DNA from: Amphiscolops sp. MND2022
Lineage: Eukaryota
Assembly (NCBI GenBank): GCA_964187785.1
Contig: CAXLNC010001225.1
Coordinates: 1 to 64,000 of the forward strand
DNA: 64,000 nucleotides
Direction: 5' to 3'
Below the pieces are notes generated by a model that was not told the DNA's origin, ran no database searches, and was given only the letters and a program-made list of their open reading frames with translations. Positions 1 to 10,993 of this stretch are shown piece by piece. Numbering within the stretch: the stretch's first letter is position 1; each line of letters starts with the position of its first letter. The translations under genes were made by a program, and so were the position numbers.

Positions 1-410
1 CAAGATGACAAAGACAAAAGCTAGGAAGTCTAGAGAGATGGACATGATGTCTGAACATGATGATTGGGAATGAAAATATTAATCCTATTGAAAGAGACCT
101 AGCTAATACAATTGAAGGATCAGTAAATAATTACGACGCTGAATCCAATTCTCATCCTAGGAGAAGTTCCTGTCAGGAAAAAGAATTTATAGGTTTTGGT
201 CACGAGAATGCAATTCCTAGGCAAGATAGATTCCTTCAGTCCATGGGAACTTTCACAAATGAAATTAACTAGAGGTTGTCTCAAGAAATGGACTCCATGA
301 TATTCATGATGCATTCGCAAATTAATAGGGCCAAAAGCTCTGCCATAGTTGAAAGAGTAATCCCAGAGTTTTCAAAACATGGTGAGCTCATTATCTTCAG
401 GAAACAGAGA
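1..410 (+). pseudogene. Decayed LTR-encoded Gag-leader fragment (LTR remnant of a family related to element A)
   Basis: Translation across stops and frameshifts gives ...KARKSREMDMMS...EINxRLSQEMDSMIFMMHSQINRAKSSAIVERVIPE. By eye this aligns with element A's LTR ORF (KEKRARQSDVLSD...EISYQMNRKIDELKRNLDTQITESINSAIHDSILPSIQ). Confidence 0.5.
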
Positions 411-584
411 CACTGAGTTTTTCATCTGAGAGACACGGAGGATCTTATTCCCTACACTATTCTAGGTTGAAATGACTGATGGAACGGCGATGAGGTTACT
501 ACTCTAAAATAGACCACTAACAGTTTTGCAGTATTAGGATCTAATAAAGAACAAGCCGGGACCAGTCCAAGTCCGCGCCATATC

Positions 585-1200
585 TATGGCTCAAAATAGC
601 AAAAGGACTTCAAAGTGTCAAAGTGTTCTTTTCTACAGCACCCGAAATGTTTTTTAAAAATGTCTCACAATGCCAAACAAACTGAAACGTGGGTCCCTTT
701 AGTCTCGCCCAGTATTGTATGTTACGCGGAAAAAAGGAAAAACATGCAAAGTTTTATCGTTGATCATTTTTTGTCATTTGCACATTTTTAGTCGGTGCTT
801 TTCCTAAGTAAAGAGTCGACTATATTCATGGCTTTTCGTCAGTGTTTTTTCGATATACCTGAAGTGAGTAAAATAATTCTACCAAAAGTTCTACAATATT
901 TTGAAATGTTCCTGTTGGCTCAAAGAACTGAACCACAAAGGGCTTTCTTTTTTTCTTGCGTAACATACAATACCGGGCGAGACCAAAGGGAGACACCTTT
1001 CAGTTTTTTTCGGCATTGTGAGACTCTATTCTCGAAAAAATGTTTCCCCAAAGGGTTCCTCTTTCAATTTTTCTGGAGTTTTGTGACAGAAGGGATGTTG
1101 AAAAATCCCAAAGGGTCTACCCGTTCAGTTTTTTCGGCCTTGTGAGATTTTTCCCAACAATGTTTTTCACCAAAGGGTCCCCAAAATATCAATACTTTGA
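585..1200. repeat. Dispersed repeat family (GGGACCC(TTT) / TTTTTCGGCA(C/T)TGTGAGAC motifs), probably a non-autonomous DNA-element derivative
   Basis: The same motifs recur at 33800-34330, 36335-36484 and 51171-51560. The string ctcaaaatagcaaaaggacttcaaag at ~589 matches ctcaaaaatagcaaaaggacttcaaag at ~36340. Confidence 0.55.
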
Positions 1201-1482
1201 CTTTTTGAAGTTCTGCCAGTTTGAGCTTTATATATAGCGCCGACTTGGGCCGATCCTGCTTGTTTAATCCAGAGATGACGAAACTATTTTTCCTTCTGTT
1301 CCTCATTACTTTAACAAACGGTCGGTTTCTACGTTTAATTTTGTTTCAAATTTACAGTAACTCAACCACTGAACCAGATCAAGGTTCAATGATGATTGAA
1401 TCTTTCCCAAATCACTCAGCAGCTTTGTTACGTTTCGAGTTTCGCCAAGTTGTAAATGATTAATCGCCTACGTTAATATCAA

Positions 1483-2130
1483 CTACCCGAAATTTGATTT
1501 TGTGGAAGATTTTTTTGTTTTGTTTCTATAAAGAAGGACAAGATGAATGTCATGGTCATCCCTACATTCTAATGAGCTTAATGAGCAGTCTCTAGATTGG
1601 GGATGATTGTTTGAATTTGATTGTACTCTACATTTAGTATTTTCCCATACACTTTGTTGTTTATTACCTTCGGTGTTCCTGCTCAGTCTACTAGACCTTG
1701 AGTCCACATTTGCCCCTAACCCACTATTTTGACCTGACAATGAATTTTGGATTGAAGGAAGGATCGAATCATGAGTTGCTAAGTTAATAGATTCTGTAAT
1801 TTGTGTGTCCAAATTCCTTTTCAGTTCATCTATTTTCCTATTCATTTGGTAAGATATTTCCTCAGAGATGAGTCTATTAGTTTCCATTGTCATTTCACAT
1901 CTATTTCTATCTTCTGAAGTTAATAACGTCCTAAAATCCTCACAATTTCTGACCATGTCGGTCCTTGTCCCATTAGACCTTGAGTCCACTTCTACATTTT
2001 CATTCAGATCAACGTCTGATTGTTTTTCTGGGTAATTTCCCAACATTACATTCATATTTTCAAGATCAGACAATACGTCTGATTGCCTCGCTCGCTTTTC
2101 CTTAGCTTTCTGTTTCCTTGTGGAAGGCAT
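1483..2130 (-). CDS. U5-encoded Gag N-terminal leader in the 3' LTR, reading out into flanking DNA
   Basis: 215-aa ORF MPSTRKQKAKEK... Its first ~194 codons lie in the LTR and match the Gag N-terminus at 16281; the last ~21 codons come from the flank beyond 1548. Confidence 0.7.
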   Translation of the reverse strand: MPSTRKQKAKEKRARQSDVLSDLENMNVMLGNYPEKQSDVDLNENVEVDSRSNGTRTDMVRNCEDFRTLLTSEDRNRCEMTMETNRLISEEISYQMNRKIDELKRNLDTQITESINLATHDSILPSIQNSLSGQNSGLGANVDSRSSRLSRNTEGNKQQSVWENTKCRVQSNSNNHPQSRDCSLSSLECRDDHDIHLVLLYRNKTKKSSTKSNFG

Positions 2131-3124
2131 TCAGAAGGTGTTGACCCAAACAATAATTTATTGTTTGTAGCAATTTTATCAACAACTGAACAACGTATAA
2201 ATGAGAACTAATATCATTATTTGAAATAACACTGACAAAGTACAGGTGGACGTTGAGTACAAGAATGAACAAATTATTGCAAATAATCACTGATTGAGAT
2301 TTTGGTGTGAGTATAGTTTCTCGAATGTTTGTCGGTGACCTGTGGTCCCTGTATATATAGTTAGGATAGTATGACACGCAAAATTGTTGCCATCACTTTC
2401 CCAAAATAGCATCTTGTCCTGACGTCACAATGACGCAACGGACGTAAATCTAAAATTAGCACTTCTTTGTGGGCAAGTAGGGCTAAGTGCTAAAAATAGC
2501 AACAATTGATAGACTCAAAGGCTAATAGCACATCAAACGACTAAATGGGGGGGGGTTAGCCTACCAATCATCACTTTCATGATGTCCTAAACTATATTAT
2601 TTACATAGTAGTAATAACACGTACATGTAGTGGACTGTCGGTCCAAAGCAACTAAGCGAGACTAATGGTGAACAAAGCACTGCAATATGATTGGTTAATT
2701 GGTTAATGTACCACACGTCTAAGTTGGCCAATGCTGACTACGATTTGAACACGTTTCCAATTAATCGTACAGTTTGCTTTATCGTTTACATTTCTACTGC
2801 TATTCCAATTTCAACTAACTGGTTTACATGATAAAGTATACTATATTACATGTATAATCAAACTAATATAATGTACAATGTTAGCTCCGGATAGGTAATG
2901 ATTTGACTATACGTCTATTGTAGACAGGTCGACCTAAGGTCCATAAGCTAATAAGTAATTGGTTAAAACAGTACATAAGAACAGCATAATAATAAGGGTT
3001 GTTTTAAATGTACTAGCAGTCTCCATACTTTAAAGTGGCAACACTCCAGTAGGGAGGTATAATCCGTTGGCTTCATTTGGGGCTACTTGGTAATTGTTTC
3101 CATCGCAGGCGGCAGTCTGCGACA
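1548..3124 (-). repeat. Element A 3' LTR (1577 bp)
   Basis: Near-identical to 15699-17276: about 15 differences counted by eye, including one G-run length change. TG/CA termini. Confidence 0.96.
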
Positions 3125-3851
3125 GTCCCCGGGGGACGAGAACGAAAGCGCCCGCCTGCATTCCGGCTTGAAAAGCGTGTCGTCGTCGTTGTCTTGTCTC
3201 GTATGACTCTCCGGCCCGATGCGTCTTTTCTAAGTAGTTGAAAGTTACCTCCTCTTGGATTATGTCTGCCGATTTGCCACACACCAAACAGTCTCCATGT
3301 TGTACAAGGTTCTGTTCGCCACAGTGTCCGCTCATCTTTACCGCAACTCCTGTGATATGCGAATATGGAGGCCAATCGATTTCTTCTTGGCCCCAGTGGG
3401 GCATCTCAGGGGCGGGTCGATAACCTCGTTCATGTGGTGGCGGCGACTGAGGAGATTCCGGCAGTGGTTCTAGTTTACTGCATCCTGCTATTAGATGACT
3501 GTCCACGACGGTTGGCCCTCCAGTCAGTGGTTGTAATCCCAGTACTAGATCGATCAACTCGCTGCTGGGTTCAGAGTTGAAGTAAGATCCTTGACTACAA
3601 AAGGTACTACCTTGAGATTCGCTGCTTGCACAACTGGATAAATCTAGTGTCATGCCACGTCCTCCCATTTTCTTGGGGATTGATACTGGAGTTTCCCTGT
3701 AACACGCGATTACCTCAATGTCGCTGTCACGGTCTGGGTTCTCTCCGGTTTCAGACAACGGGCAATCCACCTCCATTTCATCGTCGGATGACAGATATGA
3801 GAGGCTCACCAGTGGTTGGATGAGCTCGTCGACAGAGAATTGCAAAGACAT
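3030..3851 (-). CDS. Element A sense accessory ORF of unknown function, ending inside the 3' LTR
   Basis: Uninterrupted 273-codon ORF with an acidic/Pro-rich N-half and a C-x7-H-x2-C-x2-C cluster (HCGEQNLVQHGDCLVC). It crosses the LTR boundary at 3124/3125. Confidence 0.7.
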   Translation of the reverse strand: MSLQFSVDELIQPLVSLSYLSSDDEMEVDCPLSETGENPDRDSDIEVIACYRETPVSIPKKMGGRGMTLDLSSCASSESQGSTFCSQGSYFNSEPSSELIDLVLGLQPLTGGPTVVDSHLIAGCSKLEPLPESPQSPPPHERGYRPAPEMPHWGQEEIDWPPYSHITGVAVKMSGHCGEQNLVQHGDCLVCGKSADIIQEEVTFNYLEKTHRAGESYETRQRRRHAFQAGMQAGAFVLVPRGLSQTAACDGNNYQVAPNEANGLYLPTGVLPL

Positions 3852-5133
3852 CTCGGCTAGGTGTCTATTGAGAAGCAGTTTTTTAGCTATTTTGCTAGGT
3901 TAAGTGATCGGTAGTGACTGAATCTGATGAAAATTGTAAGTTGAATGATTCTTCGATTTTCACCCTTTTGCGAGATTTCCTTTCAGTCGGCGGGGAAATC
4001 AATGGCGGGTTAAATGGAGAACTATTCCCAAACATTTCCTTTTCTGGAGCCTCCGTAATTTTGCCTCTCAATTTTGCCTCTTTATTACTCCTAGCGTGAT
4101 GGTAGCCACTCGTTCTGATAGCCCTTGAGGCCTCTTCAAGTGTTTACCGTTATAAATTAGGTGTCGTTAATTACTAGCGAAAGTGTTTATTAACACTAAT
4201 ATCCAGTCATCAAAGACTACCGGTCCGCCTCAACAAATGGCGACCTGCTAGCCAATTAAATTCTAGTGGTAAATGAGTGAATTTCCTGAATGAAAATTTT
4301 GAATGGCTGAGTGAAATAATGGAAAATGATGAAACTAATTTGAAAATAGTGGCAAAATGATGTACTAAAGGTGGTAGATGGTAACAAATAAATAAGGACT
4401 ATAATCTAATCAAATAGAAAGTGTACTTCTCTGGCAGGTTCGGTAACACTTCATATCACAATAATAACGCAGTTTTAATTGATATCAGATAAGTAGGTAA
4501 GTTAGCGTACATGTAGCCACGACGTCCTTTAATTCATAATGGAATAATAATTATGTAATTAACCGTCTTGACAGTCGAAAGTGGTAGTGATAAGTAAGCA
4601 TTGTGTATATTGACTACTAGTCCGTTCAACGTAAACCACTGTAAACCAGTGTTTCGCAGTAGTGAGTCTTCTATTGTTTGAATTAAAGTGCAACAAATCA
4701 GCTCCCCGTTTCCACGTTTGAATTGTTATTAATCTTCAATTCACATTTTACCAAGCCAATTTGGGTTACTCCCGTCTTTGTAGCAGTATCGCCCACAGAT
4801 TGATAATCTTTAGACTATTAGTCTGTCCGACCTACTTCGACCTGAGTTCACATATTGCCTTTGAGCTAGATATTCCAGTTCTGTTGCATTTCAACAAGTT
4901 CACCTGTGTGACGCAAGCATCAATCTTCCAACTTTGCAGCTGTAGCCTGAATTTCAAATTCTGCGTGTCAATTTGGACAAACATCAGGTTGGTTTTTTTG
5001 AAATGGTTTGTCAATTTTGAGCTTGATCAGGGCTTTCCATTGACTTAAGGTCACTTCCTCCATCGTGAAGTATTCAGCCGTAAGCGTGAACATAAAATTA
5101 ACTTGCTTTCTAAAGACTCTCTAACGCGATAAG

Positions 5134-8100
5134 ATGGATTTCTTTAGCGGAAGTGGATCGCGAAAATTTATTTCTTTCCGTTTAGACAAAGAAATGGACG
5201 GCCAACCTAGTCAAGACGCTACTGAGATTATGGAATTCGATACTCCTCAAGCCGCTAAGGCACCGGAACCCGAGGTCACAGAAGTACCAACGGAGAAAAG
5301 GTCATTGGTTGAACTGTCATCAACCACTGATACGGAAAGTTGTGAAGCATATATCAGCCGGACCGTTGAACTATTGGCCAATGTCGAGCCTACTGCCACA
5401 AACCCAAACAATGAATCTCCTGACGAGGTCAAAGCCAGTACAAGTGACCCACTTGCAGTCACTCCTGGATTGAATGAATTACTTCCCAATGAAGAAGTGC
5501 CTGAAGGTGTCCCTAGAGTTGTGTTTTTAGACAAACCTGACGAGAAAAGCACCCCTGCAGTAACAACCCCTGAGGGACAGGACGAGCTGGTTGGCCCAGA
5601 CCAAGGTGTAGGAGTTGTCTCCATTGCCAGTACAGTCGTTCAACAGGAACAAGCGGAGGAAGAAACAGCCGAGAATATTTCGCATGATGAGCAGCTGTTC
5701 AACCAAGTCCCCAAGGACTACCGGTCCCAAACTGACGAAGATACCTGTTTTGGAATGGAAACTGACACAGGTTCATTGGCGCGATCTACTCTTGCTCAAG
5801 CCCTCTATCGCCCTGCTGAGGTCCAAAACATCGTTTGTCCCGGAGGCTCTAGCAGTGAGACCGTACCTTCGGAGGTACGAAAGGATTCAGACCCAAACCC
5901 ATTATCTGCTACTAGTAGGGACATAATAAAACAGTGTTTTACTGAGACCAATCCAATTTGCCTTGATCCTGGACATCCCGTCGCCGCGTTCAATCAGGAA
6001 CAGATTACCAGCATCCTCAGGATCGTTGCTGACGAGAGTGCAAGGGCTTCGTTTGAGATGTTAAACAGTGTTGTTCAGCGGGCGAGCAGGCTGAATTTGG
6101 GCAGCAATACTAAGACTAGGGCTCATCGTCCTACTCGTTCTGTCTCCGGGATAGATACTGGCACGGATGTCGGAAGTGTATCTGCCATTACGTTTGACCC
6201 CCATAGGGACAACTCGAGCATTGGGTTCACAAGTGAGGCAGAATCGCACCCAGACTTCCAGTCAAGCGTTACTTTACCAACACCGCCTACGTTAGGAGAT
6301 GCCGGTCTTGTAGACCTTGGGTCTAGAACAGATTCACCAGCCATATCTAGTCCTGGCACACAAACTCTTGCTGCAGTAAGAAAAGAAGCAATAAACGAGC
6401 AGAGGCAAACGTGTAAATGGGTAGCTACTCGAATCAAGACTAGCGGACAAGGACGACCCAGGAGAAGAGTTGAGTTGGTAGAGTCATGAAGGAGGAGTAT
6501 TTTGAGTCTATGCCATGGACCAGAGTTTTCGTGTCTGGTCCAGTTGACCCTCGATGGAACAAGCACAAAATCTACTGCCAGATTTGCAAATGCAACGTTT
6601 CCATCCGAGCCAAGGGTCCTAAAGAGATCTTGCGACATTATTCGACTGAACGTCATCTCCGAAAGGATCAGCGTTGGAGGTATGAAAACCTCACAATTGA
6701 AGACCCTCTTACCAAACGGCTGCGATATCAAGTCAGGGGAAGAGATGGTAGAGTTCTTACTAATTACCAATTGCAATTAGGACTACCTCATTTCATTGAG
6801 AGCGAGTTGGTTGACATTGGCACTAAGCTACCATTCTATGACGACGCTATGGCTGGTAGAGACTACATGACATCCTCTCCTCAAAATCGTGCTAGGATAC
6901 AGATATCTGTGCTTGGACACTTCCTCCCTCTGTCTGGGGATATCCAGGTCCTACGGGCGTTATGGCAACAGATCGGTACAGCAGTCAACCATCAGGCGAT
7001 CTTCAGTGACATAGACTGGGGTACTGCCAGACTTTCTGTGAGTAATCTTCTGTTTTAACTAGGCTCTTTGCTTTCATACGAACGTAGTTTTGTGACTTCG
7101 ACCAAATAGGCCGTCAATTGTAATCTTTCCACTGCTACTTAGCGTTTATCCGCTATCTTGTACTCCTTACAGGTTCTGTTATAGGTGTTGTTTCATCACT
7201 TGTTTCAACAAATTATCCCCATCCTTGGTAACGAAATCCTCACCGCAGGGCAGTATTCAGTAGAGTTCGAGCCACAAGGGGTATTCCTACTGCTTCATCT
7301 TCGATTTTGGAAAGCCAACAGACTGTGCCGTGTCTACATGCTGAGGACCGGTAGGGTCTATGGACAGACTTCCGCTGAGTTGCATCTAGTGGCTACACTT
7401 CTCGCTGCAATATCCACCGAAGCTGATCTGGTTTGTTGTTCTGGAGCTACCCACAACCTTGTTCAGTTGCTAGATCGAGCGCCTTTTAGTCGACATGGCG
7501 TCCAACGACCAACGCTGTTCAATGAAATTACCATCAAAAAACTGATGCACAAAGACAGTTACAGCGTGTTTGGACGAATTGAGTTCTTTTCCGTTTTGCA
7601 ATACTTAGTCATCTGTCTTAGCGGCACCCTGCAGATGGAATGGACTTTGTTTACTCCAGAATTAACCAAGGTTAGACCTTTGGAATATTCTCCTTTCATC
7701 AGGTGCGGTCCCTACTCTGCTTCAGTGTAGTTCTTTTCTTTTTAAAGGCAATCAAAACTGGCAATCTTGATGTATCTTCAATTCCTTCGTTGTGCCAAGA
7801 GTTGATGGCCCACTGGAAATCAGTGACGGGGTTTTTAACCGCTCACGCTGCTCAACAACAGATGCAGGGAGTCAGAAACCAGGTAAGTCGCGATTCTTCT
7901 TGTATACTCAGGGTCGGTAATAAGGCGTTCCTACTGCAATCTTTTTTCTTTCAGCCCCAAAACTTCGAGTGGTCGGTAATTCATGACGAATTCTTCCCTT
8001 GTCGGCTTGAGCTCTTCGGAAAATTGGTGCGAGATTGTGAGTACTTTCCTATAAATTTGTATTCGCAAAACTCTCTATTGGGATTGAGTACTTTGATATG

Positions 8101-9381
8101 GTATTCGGCGTGGAATATATTCGGTTTTCTGGAATCATCCTATGAGTGTCCTTAGTTGCACCAGACTTTGATTATGTGAACGTACTGTGTACTTAGCGCG
8201 ACTACTGATCTCATATTGTCCCAATTTATGTTCCAGATACTACCAACTTCTCTCTCAGTTTGAGTGGACGTCGAGACAGGGCCTTCTACTCCTTCCGGCA
8301 GCTCTGTTTGTATCTCCGTAAACTGGCCAAGCTCGTCGTCATGCCATCTGCCCTCCCAGAAGAGGATGAGCTGGCTTCGATTTTGGATCTGGACGTCATG
8401 AAAGCACCAGCCCTGAGTGTGACAGTTTTCCTCAATCGTATGAAGTTTGGTGCTAAGTTGGACCATGCTTGTAAACTGAGGGCCGAACTAGAGCAACATG
8501 ACCAGAAAGGAGAGAAAACCACTATTGCCGAGCTTAAGGATAAGGCAAAAGAAGATTTCGGGAGGTTAGCCAGAAGCTACACTACTCATTTATTCAAAGA
8601 GACTCTAGGCCACTTTAACTTCACCACCAACATAGCTCAAGGGTTGGGCAGCTTTGACCTTGAGATTATGTTGAAATCTCCTTTGACTTTGGCTACCCGG
8701 TGTTATAACAATCTGTTTACTACATTCCGACTGCGCAATTATTTCACTCTCGACCAGGAGTCTCAAGCTCAAGAGGAATATGTATCCTTCATTGATGAAA
8801 TGCGGCTGAAGTTTGCTGAGTTCGACCAACCTACATTGTTAGTTCCTGATACGATTGATTTCCTTATGGAACAAACTACTCTCGCTACCCGGCCCCTTCT
8901 ATTGCAGAGTTTCAAGTTGGCCTGCCTATGTTTAGATGAGCCATTTCGTCCTTTGCCTCCAGTCAAGTTTAGTTCTATTAACACTGAAGATCCTACTAGT
9001 AAGTTGGTTGACGTCATCCTGCCGGTTCAGTCTTTCTTTAAGCATGTGGTTAATTCTATTGAGTCTGCTACTTCTGACGCTTCCATTTCCGAGTTCCTTG
9101 AATTGGAATCTTCCTTTGGTCGAAGTGCTTTAAGCGACACATACAATCCGTGGGTAGGACTGGACAATTTCGGAAAGACCACTATTTTGTCGAAGTTGGA
9201 CCCTGGAAACAAATTCAGGAGTGCAGCCGGAAAGGAAGGGATCACTAAGTCTGCCTCTGTCCAGCAGTCTCCTAGTACTTTGCAATATTCCAAGAAGAAT
9301 GTTCGTCCGACTACTCTGCTCTCTGACTCTGAAGTTTCCCAGGCTGCTAAAAGTCTACGCCAATGCGGCAGTAAGGACTAA
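5134..9381 (+). CDS. Element A antisense spliced accessory gene (~1250 aa): acidic disordered N-terminus, C2H2 zinc finger, hAT-transposase-like body
   Basis: Exons 5134-7037, 7185-7670, 7748-7882, 7955-8036 and 8237-9381 are joined by four GT-AG introns with compatible phases. There is one frameshift near 6470-6486. Zinc finger CQICKCNVSIRAKGPKEILRHYSTERH. Confidence 0.8.
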
Positions 9382-9544
9382 TTGTATATAGTGTACATAT
9401 GTACACTTCTAAACTTTTGACTTTGTTGTAGTTATTTGTATTTTATTTGTCTTTCATTATTGTATTCATGTTGTAGTTGAGTCTAAAGTCAGATTGGTCT
9501 CAGAGTCAAAATAGTAAATGGGGACCGGCAATAAATGTATCTGG

Positions 9545-10990
9545 CTAATATCTGTATTCATCAGTAAAGTTGGGGGTGGGGTTAGGTCGTAGGTTGTATT
9601 TTCCTCCCCTAGGGCTTTCATTTTCTACAATCATATCATCATTTTCGCTTTCTAATACTTCGGGCACGATAGTATCGCTCCCCCCTGAAGAAGTTTTATC
9701 ATCATGAAAAGATTGAGCATCATCTTCTTGTGATATGGGGTTGGGGAAAATTTCGTCAGTCGTCGAACGTCCCGTGGACCGGAGGTCCACATCTGTTAAA
9801 ATCTGGTCGGGCTGTTCTACAGCCTCGGTATCATTACTACTATTAGTAGTTCGTTCATGGTTCGGATCATATGTTCCGTTACGATGATCAGCCTGTAGGT
9901 CGCCAAAATTGGTTTCCCATGTGATAACGTATAGGTCATCTTGAGGAATAACAATTTCTTCATCCGGCTGTAAGTTGCCTTCGGGTCGTTCGTCACGTAA
10001 CGTGACGTTGGGTTCATATTTGCGGAGGCGAATGCGATGTAAAATTTGTGTCTTGTTAGAGTTGAGTTTGCGCACGATATAGTTTTCGTTAGGCAAGGCC
10101 TGTTCGATGACATAAGGGCCTATCCATCTAAATTCTCTAAATGGTATTTTTGATCCTTGATGATCCGCTATAGGTTGTAGTATAAAACAATAATCGTTTT
10201 GCTTTAAAGGCGAAGCTTTAGCCTTCCGGTCGTAATACTCCTTGTATTTTAAGTAAGATTGCATGATGTTCTTTTTCGTATTGTCAAGTAAAATTTGCGT
10301 TCGTCGTTGAAACTCTTCTGCAAAATCCGTCGTTGGTAAGATAGTAGGATTTGGATTGAGTCCTAATTTGTAATCGAGAATGTTGTAGGGTATTCTGCCA
10401 TGAAAAATCCTTGAAGGCTCACAGCCCAATGTCGAATGATATGATGTATTGTAGTTTAATACTGCTAAAGGTAAGTATTTATGCCACTGACGTCTGTACG
10501 CCCCGGAGGCCATTTTGAGATTTGTTTTGAGACTTGCATGAGTTCTCTCCAATTTCCCTATGGTCTGCGGGTGTTTTGTGGTCGCACAACGAATCTGAAT
10601 TCCCAGTATTTGCGCAATTTCAGCTACTAACTTCGAAGTGAATGCAGATCCTTTGTCGGTTATCAAAGTGGTCGGCAAATAGGTGTGTTTGGTCATTATG
10701 TCGATAATAACCTTGGCCGTATTTGCAGCTGATGCGTCAGCGACTGGATAGGCGAAAAGATATCGTGAGAAGACGTCCATAGCGGTAATAATATTCTCAT
10801 ATCCTCCGCTCGGCGGGAGGTTCGGTAGGAGGTCTATTTGCATTGCGTCTTCTGGACCTAAGGTCCATTCCGGTAGATTTAGTAGTTCAGGAGTTATCAA
10901 TTCATTGCTGATTCTCTTGTCTTTAATGCATGTTTCGCATCCATTTACCCATTTGCGGACAAGTTTGGCTATTCCCGGGTAGTAATATTT
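9545..10990 (-). pseudogene. pol: Element A integrase (HHCC, DDE core, long acidic C-terminal tail)
   Basis: H-x5-HPG before the stop at 10994, then CETC, QIDLLP, ITDKGSAF and IGKLERTH. Separated from RT-RH by a stop or frameshift. Confidence 0.93.
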
Positions 10991-10993
10991 ACA

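Noticed and set aside
2102-2377. 91-aa ORF in both LTRs of A (also 16253-16528)
   Set aside because: It starts upstream of the TATA box, overlaps the TATA and polyA signals, and has no motif. It is repeated only because the LTR is.
3030-3851. Env gene
   Set aside because: No signal peptide, furin site or transmembrane segment.
4761-5048. ORFs in element A's internal intergenic region
   Set aside because: A protein-like minus frame is broken by several stops, and nothing supports it beyond composition.
6123-6776. 217-aa minus-strand ORF, and similar shadow ORFs over pol and the accessory genes
   Set aside because: These are antisense shadows of longer coding frames with no recognisable motifs.
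8156-8181. 26-bp micro-exon in the element A antisense gene
   Set aside because: Including it breaks phase with the 8237 acceptor, whereas direct splicing of 8036 to 8237 is in frame.
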